Part shown: positions 49,775 through 59,689 of the stretch, piece after piece
How positions within the stretch are numbered: position 1 is the stretch's first letter
Layout of the letters: every line of letters starts with the position of its first letter
NCBI GenBank assembly: GCA_963716175.1
Contig: OY970296.1
Location: 32,001-96,000 of the forward strand
Direction: 5' to 3'
From: an uncultured Armatimonadetes bacterium
GTDB taxonomy: Bacteria; Armatimonadota; Hebobacteria; Hebobacterales; Hebobacteraceae
Length of the DNA stretch: 64,000 bases
The notes under the pieces: model-generated
What the model saw: the letters and a program-made list of their open reading frames with translations, nothing else
What the model was told of the DNA's origin: nothing
The model's database searches: none
Translations under genes and position numbers: made by a program

Positions 49775-50938
49775 ATGAAGACCATTCCAGCGAGCGAGTT
49801 CGAAGAACGACAGAAGAGGGCGCAGCAGCGAGTTGCAGAGGCAGGACTGGACGCCGTCATCGCCCACTCCAACGAGGCCGACTTCGCCAACGTGCGCTAT
49901 CTCTCCGACTATTGGCCGGCATTTGAGTCCGCGGGCGTCATCATCCCCGCCGAGGGAAAGCCGATACTCCTGATCGGGCCCGAGAGCGAGACCTACGCGC
50001 TGGACAGAAGCCGGATCGAGACGGTGCGCAAGGTTCTCTGGTACCGGGAGAGCGCCGAGCCCGACTACCCGGACATCCCGATCAACACCTTCGCCGAGGT
50101 GTTCGCCGAAGCCTGCGGCGGCAAGCCGGTGAAGCGGCTTGGCATCGTGGGCCGAGCGATCTTCCCGATGGTGATCTATGAGGAGATCCGCAAGGCGCTG
50201 CCGGGGATCGAGATGGTGGGCGCCGACGAGATCATCAGTGACATGCGCATCATCAAGAGTCCTAACGAGATTGCGCTGCTGAAGGAGGGTTTCCGGATCA
50301 GCGAGATCGCTATTGACGAGTGCCTCGCGCAGATGAAACCGGGCATGACCGAGCTGAGGGTCGTAGGGCTGGCGCTGAAGTCACTCTACAGCCATGGCGC
50401 GGAGTACGAAGCCCATCCGCAGTATGTCATGGGGGGGACCAACACGAACCATGCCATCTCCCGGGCTAGCTATCGTCCACTGGCTCAGGGGGAGATGATC
50501 CAGCTCAACCTGGGCGCCCGCGTGGGGGGCTACAGCCCAAGTGTCGGCCGACCGTGCTGCTTTGGCAGGATGCCGGACGAGATGCGAAGGCTGGTGCAGA
50601 TTGGGCTTGAGGCTCACCTCAAGACCATGGAGCCTATGCGCGCGGGCGTGTTGGCGAAGGACATCGTGAAACGCTTCGAGGAGTTCGTGAAGTCGAAAGG
50701 ATGCGGAGGAAATCTGCTGTATGGGCCTTGCCACGGCATCGGCATGATCGAGGTTGAGCGGCCCTGGATGGAGAGCACCAGCGACTACCTGCTGCGGGAG
50801 AACATGACCTTCCAGGTCGACACATTCCTGCATACCGACAGCTATGGGTTGCGCTGGGAGGACGGCGTTCGCGTGACGGCCGACGGGGTCGAGCAGTTGT
50901 CGAGCCGCCACCAGGAAGTGCTGGAGCTCCCGCTATGA
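49775..50938 (+). CDS. M24 pita-bread fold hydrolase (Xaa-Pro peptidase/creatinase-like)
   Basis: RIIKSPNEI, HGIG, RWED. Confidence 0.85.
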   Translation: MKTIPASEFEERQKRAQQRVAEAGLDAVIAHSNEADFANVRYLSDYWPAFESAGVIIPAEGKPILLIGPESETYALDRSRIETVRKVLWYRESAEPDYPDIPINTFAEVFAEACGGKPVKRLGIVGRAIFPMVIYEEIRKALPGIEMVGADEIISDMRIIKSPNEIALLKEGFRISEIAIDECLAQMKPGMTELRVVGLALKSLYSHGAEYEAHPQYVMGGTNTNHAISRASYRPLAQGEMIQLNLGARVGGYSPSVGRPCCFGRMPDEMRRLVQIGLEAHLKTMEPMRAGVLAKDIVKRFEEFVKSKGCGGNLLYGPCHGIGMIEVERPWMESTSDYLLRENMTFQVDTFLHTDSYGLRWEDGVRVTADGVEQLSSRHQEVLELPL

Positions 50939-51324
50939 GCTTCCCGCGTCTCCTGGGCCGGACCATGTGGGCATTCCCGGACGGCGACCTGCCCGCGCCC
51001 GGAGAGAAGGAGCCACATGGGCACGAGTCGCTGGTGCTGTTCAACCCAAACGCTCGACCGGCGAAGGTGCAACTCACTATCTTCTTCGAGAACCGGGAAC
51101 CCGAACGCGACCTGTGCGTTACCGTGGATGCAGAACGAGTCCGGTGCGTACGGCTTGACCAACCTGTCGGCGACCGCGGTTTCCGCGTGCCGTTCGGCCA
51201 ATATGCCCTCCTCGTCGACTCCGACCAGCCCATCATCGCGCAGGTCGGCAGGATGGACGTTACGCAGCCCAACCTCGCCTACTACACCGTGATGGGATTC
51301 CCGCTCGGACAGGATACGCGATGA
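50935..51324 (+). CDS. Anabaena sensory rhodopsin transducer (ASRT)-family protein
   Basis: WAFPDG, HESLVLFN, SDQPIIAQ..RMD; ATGA coupling on both sides. Confidence 0.85.
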   Translation: MSFPRLLGRTMWAFPDGDLPAPGEKEPHGHESLVLFNPNARPAKVQLTIFFENREPERDLCVTVDAERVRCVRLDQPVGDRGFRVPFGQYALLVDSDQPIIAQVGRMDVTQPNLAYYTVMGFPLGQDTR

Positions 51325-52223
51325 CACGAGATCGCCGTGTGATAGCAGTGTTCGGCTTCGATATGGAGACCGACATCGGGAGCTGGACGCCGTTCTACGA
51401 GGGACTGGTGAAGGGCACGCCGCGTCTTCTCGAACTGCTCTCCGCGCACGAGATCAGCGCAACTTTCTACTTCACCGGACATGCCGCGCGCACCCACCCT
51501 GAGATGGTGCATGCGGTGGACGCAGCGGGTCACGAGGTCGGTTGCCATAGCCTCTACCACGAGACGGTGGGCGATGAGCTCTTTCCGATCCCTGGCACAT
51601 ACCCCCTGCTCGCCGAAGAGGTCCCCGTGCGCCTGAAGAGGGCGACCGAATGGGTGACGGCCGCGCTGGGGCGGCGCGTGGTTTCCTTCCGGTCACCGCG
51701 ACTGTTCGGCTCTACGGCGGTCGTCAATGCGCTGGAGGCGCTGGGATATGAGACCGACGCGTCGTATCCCCTCTACTACTACCGCGAGCGCCTCACGCCC
51801 TACCACCCCAGCCGCAGCGACTGGACCGCGGAAGGCGACTCGCCGATGCTGGAGATTCCGAACTTCGCCGACCTCTCGATAGAGAGCACGGATCCGCTGG
51901 GCCGCGACCGAGACCAGTGGCCGAAGTACCGCACAGAGGGGGCCGGGGCGCTGCTTGCCACCGTTGACTCCTTCACCGCCATCGCTCACGGCCGCGGGCT
52001 GCCGGCTGTGCTCTGCTTCTACTTGCATCCCTGGGAGTTCGTCGAAATGCCGCAGAGCCTCATTCACTTCGGTGAGGGCGCGGTGCTGCCCGATCCGTTC
52101 ATCGTCGCTGGCTGCGGGGACCATGCCCTGCGCCAACTGGCTGTAGTGCTGAGCGGCCTGAGACAGCGCGGATCCGTCTTCTGCACCGCCCGGCAGATCG
52201 CCGAGACGTGGGATAACGTGTAG
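51321..52223 (+). CDS. Polysaccharide deacetylase (NodB/CE4-like)
   Basis: FDMETD, ATFYFTG, GHEVGCHSLYH, FRSP, YLHPWE. Confidence 0.88.
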   Translation: MTRDRRVIAVFGFDMETDIGSWTPFYEGLVKGTPRLLELLSAHEISATFYFTGHAARTHPEMVHAVDAAGHEVGCHSLYHETVGDELFPIPGTYPLLAEEVPVRLKRATEWVTAALGRRVVSFRSPRLFGSTAVVNALEALGYETDASYPLYYYRERLTPYHPSRSDWTAEGDSPMLEIPNFADLSIESTDPLGRDRDQWPKYRTEGAGALLATVDSFTAIAHGRGLPAVLCFYLHPWEFVEMPQSLIHFGEGAVLPDPFIVAGCGDHALRQLAVVLSGLRQRGSVFCTARQIAETWDNV

Positions 52224-52307
52224 ATCCCGAGCGTCTGTAGAACCGCAGTCTGCGCTTCCTGCTTTGGGCCCGGCCGCTTGTCAGGCGACGATAGGACCGC
52301 GTGTAGG

Positions 52308-53802
52308 TGTCGAAGGACTGTAGGACCGTCCTGGACGTGTTCTGGGCTTGTCGAGGCTGACTTCTTGGCATATCATATGAACTCGGTGCGCGGCGCCTTC
52401 GGGCGCCGCATTCTCTTTGGGAGTCAACGCGGTGGAGGTCTTCGAGGCGTCGGTATCGCTGATGGTGCGGGCCCTGGTGATCAGCGCCCGGTGGACTGGC
52501 CGCAGGCGACGGCTCTGCTTGGAGCAGGCGTGCATGAATGTGCAGGCAGGACGGATCGCGGAACTCGAAGCGTGTGTCGTGGTGCTGGAGGATGCCCTGG
52601 CCTTCCCAGATGCATGCCTGGAGGTGCTGGAGAGGAGGCTTGGGGAGGAGCGACCGCGACGGCCCTATCCCTTGGGGGAGCGGCTGCGTCTCCTGTGGCT
52701 GATTGACTACTACCAGATCCCGAAGCGGAGGGTTAGGGAGACCTTCGGGGTGGCGCGCTCGAGCATTCACCGCTGGCTCAAGGGCTTTGAGGCAGGCAAG
52801 CTCGGGGGTCGTCAGAAACGCTCTGAGCCCGTCAACAAGACGCCACGAGAGATCGCTCAGCTGATCTGGGACATCTTCCGGCGAAACCCACTGTGGGGCC
52901 GTCACCGCATCGCAATGACGGTGTGGGCGCTTGGCGTATTCGTCTCAGCGACCGCGGTGCGTGACATCCTGCTGCGGCCCAGACCTAAGAGGTCTGCCCC
53001 GCAAGCGGCCTGTGCGAAGCCAGAGCCAAAGCGCAGGGAAATCGTTGCCAGCTACCCCAACCACGTGTGGTCGGTGGACCGGACGCGGGTGTGGCGCTTG
53101 GGCGTCTGGCCCACCTGGGTGCTGGTGGCGATCGACCATTTCTCCCGCGCCGTCACCGCCGCGGTTCCCCTGGAAGGGCCAAACGCAGGATGGATCATGG
53201 ACGCCCTGGAGCAGGCCTTCCTGCGCCACGGACAGCCCAAGCACTTGATCACCGACCAAGAAGGGGTCTTCATCTCTGACTTCTTCCGGAACCTCCTCAG
53301 CCAGTGGAAGGTGAGACAGCGCTTCGGTGCCGTGGGCAAGCACGGCTCGATTGCGGTAACTGAGCGGCTGATCCGGACCCTCAAGCGGGAATGGCTGGCG
53401 CGGGTGCCGCTGATCCGTGGTCTGGATCACCTCTCAGAGTTGCTTGCGGCCTTCGCTGTCTACTACAACGAGTACCGCGGTCACCGGCGACTGGGCCGGG
53501 CGACGCCATTGATGCTCTACCGGGGACAGATCTGGCGGCGGCCAAACCGATCAGCCAAGACGCTGCTAGGCTCGGTTCGCACTCGGCACTTCGCCGAGAC
53601 CAGGATCACCGTCTATGAACTCGCCGCCCGACCACCCAGAGGAGACAGCCTCGGGACGCACGAGGTTTGCGGCAGTGGTCCTACGAGCGCCCGACACCTA
53701 CACACGGTCCCAACCTCGCCAGCCTCGCGCTGCCCGCACCGCAGAAGCGAACTCTTCCCGATGCCCGACAGGCGTCTCAAACCAATGTGACAACTGCAGA
53801 CA
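52308..53802 (+). mobile_element. IS481-like insertion sequence, copy B
   Basis: Homologous left end and transposase; no target duplication; right boundary inferred from the adjacent truncated gene. Confidence 0.8.
52417..53790 (+). CDS. DDE transposase with read-through C-terminal extension
   Basis: Paralog of 41715-42932; TGA after VYELAA is CGA here (53629-53631). Confidence 0.85.
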   Translation: MGVNAVEVFEASVSLMVRALVISARWTGRRRRLCLEQACMNVQAGRIAELEACVVVLEDALAFPDACLEVLERRLGEERPRRPYPLGERLRLLWLIDYYQIPKRRVRETFGVARSSIHRWLKGFEAGKLGGRQKRSEPVNKTPREIAQLIWDIFRRNPLWGRHRIAMTVWALGVFVSATAVRDILLRPRPKRSAPQAACAKPEPKRREIVASYPNHVWSVDRTRVWRLGVWPTWVLVAIDHFSRAVTAAVPLEGPNAGWIMDALEQAFLRHGQPKHLITDQEGVFISDFFRNLLSQWKVRQRFGAVGKHGSIAVTERLIRTLKREWLARVPLIRGLDHLSELLAAFAVYYNEYRGHRRLGRATPLMLYRGQIWRRPNRSAKTLLGSVRTRHFAETRITVYELAARPPRGDSLGTHEVCGSGPTSARHLHTVPTSPASRCPHRRSELFPMPDRRLKPM

Positions 53803-53870
53803 TACGTCGGGATCCACTCCCCACCCTGGAAGGTCGCGGTACGTAGATAGTTTGCCCGGTCGCTGAGCAT
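53803..53870 (-). pseudogene. N-terminal stub of a gene cut by IS copy B (uroporphyrinogen-decarboxylase/methyltransferase-like start)
   Basis: MLSDRANYLRTATFQGGEWIPT with upstream GAAGG; family call tentative. Confidence 0.45.
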
Positions 53871-53887
53871 TTCGGGGATCGCCTTCC

Positions 53888-55657
53888 TCAGCTCGCCTCA
53901 ATCACGATCGAATCGAACTGCTTCATACTCCGCTGGTACGAGCCGGCGTAGGTGACGGTATCCTGGTAGGTGACCTGGTGATACCTATCCCACTGCGTCA
54001 CCTTGATCTTCGCGTCCTTCGCCAGCTTCGGGATGACCAGGTCCAGTTCGGTGTCGTGCGTCGCCAGCAGCACCGTCACCTTCTCACCCGCGATCCCCCA
54101 CACATCTGATGAACCGCGCACGCCGCAGCCGGCCAGCAGGTCGCTGATGGGGCCCATCATCTGCCAGCTCACGCAGTTCGCCGGGATGAGGTGCTTGTTG
54201 CCGCGGCTCACGATCAGCGCGACGCCATCGCCTTCCGCCGCCACCGTGCCGATCACCGCGGCGCGCGGGAGCCGCGTCCCGTGCGTGCGTTCTCTCACCG
54301 CGTAGGCGACCAGCACGCCGGTGTACTTGAAGGATGCTCCTTTGTACCTCCCGCTCGCCGGCAGGTCGCCGTCGCGCCAGGTCCCCGTCGGATCGACGCC
54401 GCATGCCACCAGCGCCTTCCGCCAGTTCGCGGTGAGGTCGCTCCCGCTCGGGAGCGTCGCGCCGATCTGCAGGAAGACTGGCTTCTTCCCCGCAAAGAGC
54501 GCGGCGGTCTCGGGTGTGAGATCGAGCGTGCCGCGCTCATCGCGGCCCGTGGTGTAGACGTAGTAGGCGTCGGCGTCAGTGCGCGGCTCTGTGCTCGCCA
54601 CCACATTCCAGCCGGCGTGGAACGCCCCGCACGTGATCGCGTCCCCGGAGCCGGCGAGGTCATCCCAATGTCCATCCTCGCCCTGCCGCAACTGGGCGAC
54701 GACATTCAGCAGCGGCCGCTTCTCTTGCGCGTTCCGTGCTACCAGGCCGGCAACCCACTGCTTCGTGCCGGCGACGTCCATCTGCCGCGCCTTCTCGTCA
54801 TCGAGGCCGATGAGGTCGAACTCGTCGAGGCGAAACTGGAGCGCGCGGATAGCGATGCTCGGTCGGAGGATTCCCTCCCAGTACTCGGGCAGCTCGCCCC
54901 AGTTGTGGCCCACCGTGAAGACCATCACCGTCGGCAGACCCCAGGTGCGCGCGAAGGCATATCCCAGCGACGCCTCCTCGGCAAGGCTGGCCGACTTGCC
55001 GAGTTCGTCGCGGCGGTACTGGTAGTGGTAGAGACTGATCATGTGGCCGCGGCGGTAGATATCGACGAAGCCCTGCCCGGTCCCAGGATGGGAGTAGTGC
55101 ACATAGCCGGGGTCGTCGCCCTCCTGATACTCGAGGCCGATCTTCCGGCCGGTGTCGGCCAGCGCAAAGAAGATGTCCGGCCAGCCGGCCACATCCTCAG
55201 TGAACCAGCGATCCGCGCCGTCCTGGCGTAAATCCGTCATGATCTTGCTGGCCAGCTCGGGAGTCCAGTGCTTCTTGCCCGCCTCGGAGTGCCCTGGGCT
55301 CACGCCCTCCAAGTTGGCCATCACCTTGAGACCGGCCGCGTGCGCGCGGGCCGCGTACTCGGTCAGATTCTCCCGCTCCGATGACTGCTGCGCCCAGTCA
55401 CACCCTCGCAGCGTGGGCGAGTCGAAGTAGTACTTCATCCCCTCGCCATCGCGCGAGCCGGCCGTGAAGCCCACCCCGTCCAGACCCAGCTTCTTCATCA
55501 GCGGCAGGTCTCTAGGCTGCGCATAGCCGAACCACCAGAACGACGGATCGTACTGCTCCTGTCCAGCCATCGCGCTCTCCTTTCCGGCGTACGCGTGTCC
55601 CGGCGCGACCACCATCACCAGCACCACTGCGATCCGAAGCATCGTCGCAGGCGTCAT
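53888..55657 (-). CDS. Secreted hypothetical protein, possibly glycoside hydrolase-like
   Basis: Signal peptide MTPATML...AYA, GGGGAGAG RBS, ~590 aa. Confidence 0.7.
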   Translation of the reverse strand: MTPATMLRIAVVLVMVVAPGHAYAGKESAMAGQEQYDPSFWWFGYAQPRDLPLMKKLGLDGVGFTAGSRDGEGMKYYFDSPTLRGCDWAQQSSERENLTEYAARAHAAGLKVMANLEGVSPGHSEAGKKHWTPELASKIMTDLRQDGADRWFTEDVAGWPDIFFALADTGRKIGLEYQEGDDPGYVHYSHPGTGQGFVDIYRRGHMISLYHYQYRRDELGKSASLAEEASLGYAFARTWGLPTVMVFTVGHNWGELPEYWEGILRPSIAIRALQFRLDEFDLIGLDDEKARQMDVAGTKQWVAGLVARNAQEKRPLLNVVAQLRQGEDGHWDDLAGSGDAITCGAFHAGWNVVASTEPRTDADAYYVYTTGRDERGTLDLTPETAALFAGKKPVFLQIGATLPSGSDLTANWRKALVACGVDPTGTWRDGDLPASGRYKGASFKYTGVLVAYAVRERTHGTRLPRAAVIGTVAAEGDGVALIVSRGNKHLIPANCVSWQMMGPISDLLAGCGVRGSSDVWGIAGEKVTVLLATHDTELDLVIPKLAKDAKIKVTQWDRYHQVTYQDTVTYAGSYQRSMKQFDSIVIEAS

Positions 55658-55947
55658 GGCGTCTCTCCCCTGCCCATGGCAGGCCTCTGTACCATACGGC
55701 CGGCCAAGCGCCCGCACCTGCTGCCACCCAGCCGGCCCGCAGTGCGGGGCGCAAGGGTTGGTGTTGTCGGCATGAGAGCCGCTCTGCTATACTGCCGCGG
55801 CTCAGCAGTCCATCCCGGAAGGCCGCCAGTGTCGGAGCTCGCCAGGCCAAGAGTATACCGGCGCATATGCACCGGCTCCCTGCTGGTTCTGCCAGAACCT
55901 GACCGCTACGTCCTCGTCGACGCGGACAGCAGCATCACTCCCACCAG

Positions 55948-55981
55948 AAAACGGGAGTCCCGGGGTGTTACCGGGACTCCC
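55948..55981 (-). terminator. Rho-independent terminator after pilin-like copy 3
   Basis: GGGAGTCCCGG-TAACACC-CCGGGACTCCC-GTTTT on the minus strand. Confidence 0.75.
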
Positions 55982-56057
55982 ATATCAGTTAGGGATGCGC
56001 TCGCTCAATCGAAACAACGGGAGCGCCATCCGGCGCTAGGCTGCGCGACTCACAGCC

Positions 56058-56815
56058 CTAGTGCACGAAGCTGGTGATCTCGTAGGATGGGCACATGCCC
56101 TTGATCTTGCCTGGCGGTGTCGAGTAGCAGTCTGTATAGTTGGTCTCAGGAGCACAACACCTGGCATTCCCGGCCTCTGTGACGGCGGCCTCCGCATTCC
56201 ACCAGGCGGCGTGTCCATCCGCAAACCCGAGGTTGAGGCCGCCAAGGTGAGGCGCATATTTGCTCCGGAACGAGGGGTCACTGAAGAAGTTGCAGGCATC
56301 GGTGCCGAAGGCGGCACCCGAGTCCCCTCCGCTGAGATCCCAGCAGCAACATGGATTGCTGCCATAGGCCATCCCGAACATCGTTCCCAGATCGCAGCCT
56401 CCCTGGCTATCACCGCACACGACCCACCAGCTCGGGTAATCAATCTCCGACGTTTTCCTTCCGATGAGACACCAGTCATTGTAGCCGATGGTGATTTCGA
56501 GGGCCCCCGTATCTTCGCTTCCCCGCTTCTGCTGGGCGATGGAGTCGGTGACGGAGCCGCCCCAGCCAGGCGGCCAGGCTTGGCAGCAAGGCCTGCCACC
56601 GCAGCCCCCACTAGTGTTGTGATCACTGGAACCCCAGCTTCCTTGAGTCTGCACGAGGTAGTCCCACCAGATCGGGGTGTGCTGGGGCACGATCCACATT
56701 GCCGTGGATATATGCTGAATGCTCGGGCAGCGCCAGACGTCGCGGTTCTTGATGTACTCGTCAAAAACAACGGGCCAGCGCAGGTAGGGGTTCGATCCCT
56801 GGAACCGGTTGCGTG
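56058..56815 (-). pseudogene. H-X9-DG pilin-like protein, copy 3, 5'-truncated by IS copy C
   Basis: [51 protein letters not shown]; prepilin N-terminus absent. Confidence 0.88.
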
Positions 56816-58073
56816 TGTTGGGCACCCATGGCACTGTCCTGGGCGCGTTCTAGGCTTGCCCCGGCTGACTCCCTCCCGTATCATCTGGGGCCGGTAGGCG
56901 GCGCCTTCAGGCGCCGTTCTCTCTTTGGGAGTCAGCGCGGTGGACATCTACGAAGCATCGGTGTCATTGATGGTTCAGGCACTGGTGATCAGCGCCCGGT
57001 GGGCGGCCCGCAGTCGCCGTCTCAGCCTGGAACTGGCCTGCGCCGGTGCGAAGGCGGGACGAGTGGCGCAGCTGGAGGCACGTATCTTGGTGCTGGAGGG
57101 TGCCGTAGCCTTTCGCGATGCGCGCCTGGAGGTCTTGGGGAAGCGGCTGGGAGAGGAAAGGCCGCGACAGCCCTATCCGGTGGTGGAGCGGCTGCGTATC
57201 CTCTGGCTGATGGAGTACTACGGCATCCCGAAGCGGAGGGTGAAGGAAACCTTCGGGGTGGCGCGCTCCAGCGTCCACCACTGGCTCAAAGCCTTCCAGC
57301 AGGGCAAGGAGGGAGGCGGGACATCCTGCTCCGCCCGAGACCTACGGCCTCAACCCCGGCGCCAGCTGAAGCCAAGGAGTGCGGGAAGCCAAAGGCGATC
57401 GTCGCCGGGCACCCCAACCACGTGTGGTCGGTGGACCGGACGCGAGTGATGCGCTGGGGGATCTGGCCCACCTGGGCGCTGGTGGCGATTGATCACTTTT
57501 CCCGCGCAGTGATGGCCGTGGTCCCATTGGAAGGACCAAACGCGGGCTCGGTGGTGGATGCGATGGAGGAGGCATTTCTGCGCCACGGGCCTCCCGAGCA
57601 TCTGATCAGCGACCAGGAAGGGGTCTTCGTGAGCGAGGTGTTTGGGGTGCTGCTCGGCAATTGGAACGTCAAGCAGCGCTTCGGGGCGGTCGGCAAGCAT
57701 GGTTCCATCGCGGTAACGGAACGCCTGATCTGGACCCTTAAGCGGGAATGGCTGGCGCGGATAGCGCTCATCCGTGGCCTGGATCACCTGGGGCGACTCC
57801 TCGCAGACTTCGAGGAGTACTACAAGCAGCACCGGTCCCATCAGCAGCTGAATGGCGCCACACCATCGATACTCTACCAGGGACAAACCTGGCAGAAGCC
57901 CGACCGCTCGGAGAAGGCGCTCCCGTGGCCGATCCGGCTGCGACACTTCCGCGAGCAGCGGATCACCGTCTATGAGCTGGCTGCCTGAGCCAAGGCCGCG
58001 GGATCGGCACTTGAGAGAACGCCTGTCATGGCGGTATCATGAGGCCTCGACATACGCAGGTGGCCGCAGGAAA
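56816..58073 (+). mobile_element. IS481-like insertion sequence, copy C (internal deletion/frameshift near 57318, right end missing)
   Basis: Left end TGTTGGGCACCCATGG; transposase split between ORF 56925-57449 and the frame ending 57988. Confidence 0.85.
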
Positions 58074-58162
58074 CCAGGCCAGAAACAGAAAACTCGCCAC
58101 TCCAAGTAAGGAAAAGCTGGTTGATATGGGGAATCCCGGTCTAGACCGGTGAGACAAGGAGG

Positions 58163-59689
58163 ATGGGTGTGAGTAAGACGGTCTGGCTTCTGATGCTGGT
58201 GGTGGGCGTGTGTCTCCTCACATTCACGGTGACCAGCGCCCAGACCTACCAGCCCTACTCGCAAGACGAGTTGGACGACCTGCTTGCGCCGATCGCTCTC
58301 TATCCGGATCCGCTGTTGGCCCAGATCCTGCCGGCGGCCACCTACGTGGATCAGATAGACGACGCGGAGCGATCGCTTGGCGGAAGTGTCGATGAGGGGT
58401 TCATCGACCGCCAGGACTGGGACGTGAGTGTGAAGTGCGTGGCCCACTACCCTGAAGTGCTGGCAATGATGGATGACAACAGAGACTGGACCATCGCGGT
58501 GGGCCAGGTCTTCGTGCAACAGCAGGACGACGTGTTCGCCGCCGTCCAGCGGCTGCGCGTCAGAGCCTACCAGGTGGGGACCCTCGTCACCACGCCTCAG
58601 CAGCGGGTCATCGTTGCCAACGATGGGACGATCCTCATCGTCCCCCACCAGCCGGACAGGATCTACGTGCCTCGCTACCATCCTCAGGAGGTCTACGTAG
58701 CGCCCAGCGAGCGCACTGTCTCCAGCAACCTCATCAGCTTCGGCTTGGGCCTGCTCATCGGCGCCTGGCTGAATCGGGACTGCGACTGGCACCATCACCG
58801 GGTCTACTACCACGGATGGAAGGGGGGCGGTTGGATCGCCGCCGCGCGGCCTCACGTCGTGATCGTCCCGGTCTACGTCAACCGCCGTTTCAAGCCGAAC
58901 GTGATCGTGGTCAACCGCACGATTGTCGAGCGTCCTGTCCCGGTATTCCGGCAGACCATCAGGCACGATGCCGCCATCAACAGACCTGTCTACACGGCCG
59001 GCCGGAGGCCGACAACAGGGGTGTTTGCCAAACCCACCTATGGCGTCGTGAGGGCGCGCCCAGCGGTCTCGCCCAAGCCATCGCGTGCACCCGCAGCGAA
59101 ACCCACGCGCCCGACTGTACCCCAGCGGCCCGGCGCCGGCGCCAGGCCAACCCGGCCGGCTGTTTCGCCAAGGCCGACCGCGCCGAGCCGGCCACAGAAG
59201 CACGCGGTATCGCCCCGACCGACCGCGCCGAGCCGGCCGCAGAAGCACGCGGTATCGCCCCGACCGACCGCGCCGAGCCGGCCGCAGAAGCACGCGGTAT
59301 CGCCTCGACCGACCGCGCCGAGCCGGCCGCAGAAGCAGGCGGTATCGCCTCGACCGACCGCGCCGAGCCGGCCGCAGAAGCAGGCGGTATCGCCACGGCC
59401 CACCGCGCCGAGTCGGCCCCAGAAGCACGCGGTATCGCCACGGCCCACCGCGCCGAGCCGGTCGCAGAAGCAGACCGCGTCGCCACGGCCCACCGCGCCG
59501 AGCCGCTCGCAGAAGCAGGCCGCGTCGCCACGGCCCACCGCGCCGAGCCGGTCGCAGAAGCAGGCCGCGTCGCCACGGCCGGCGCGCCCGCCAAAGAAAG
59601 CAGCCAACCAGCACGGCCGGGCCGGTGCGAATGCTGGCAAGGCGAAGAAACCTGAGCAGAAAGGACGCGGTGAGCAGGCGCCGCGGTAG
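58163..59689 (+). CDS. DUF3300 domain secreted protein with Pro/Arg-rich repeat tail
   Basis: Signal peptide; LDDLLAPIALYPDPLLAQIL..ATY; AVQRLR; IYVPRY. Confidence 0.9.
   Translation: MGVSKTVWLLMLVVGVCLLTFTVTSAQTYQPYSQDELDDLLAPIALYPDPLLAQILPAATYVDQIDDAERSLGGSVDEGFIDRQDWDVSVKCVAHYPEVLAMMDDNRDWTIAVGQVFVQQQDDVFAAVQRLRVRAYQVGTLVTTPQQRVIVANDGTILIVPHQPDRIYVPRYHPQEVYVAPSERTVSSNLISFGLGLLIGAWLNRDCDWHHHRVYYHGWKGGGWIAAARPHVVIVPVYVNRRFKPNVIVVNRTIVERPVPVFRQTIRHDAAINRPVYTAGRRPTTGVFAKPTYGVVRARPAVSPKPSRAPAAKPTRPTVPQRPGAGARPTRPAVSPRPTAPSRPQKHAVSPRPTAPSRPQKHAVSPRPTAPSRPQKHAVSPRPTAPSRPQKQAVSPRPTAPSRPQKQAVSPRPTAPSRPQKHAVSPRPTAPSRSQKQTASPRPTAPSRSQKQAASPRPTAPSRSQKQAASPRPARPPKKAANQHGRAGANAGKAKKPEQKGRGEQAPR
59159..59581 (+). 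repeat. Nine tandem 45-bp repeats plus a partial unit (AVSPRPTAPSRPQKH)
   Basis: Visible at DNA and protein level. Confidence 0.95.

Noticed and set aside
33628-56815. Diversity-generating retroelement acting on the pilin-like genes
   Set aside because: No reverse transcriptase and no template/variable repeat pair with adenine-specific differences seen
56811-56815. GCGTG as target duplication for IS copy C
   Set aside because: Right end is missing. The same GCGTG precedes copy A, so it may reflect target preference, which slightly weakens the TSD call for copy A
59159-59581. Possible CRISPR array
   Set aside because: Contiguous in-frame 45-bp units without unique spacers; no cas genes
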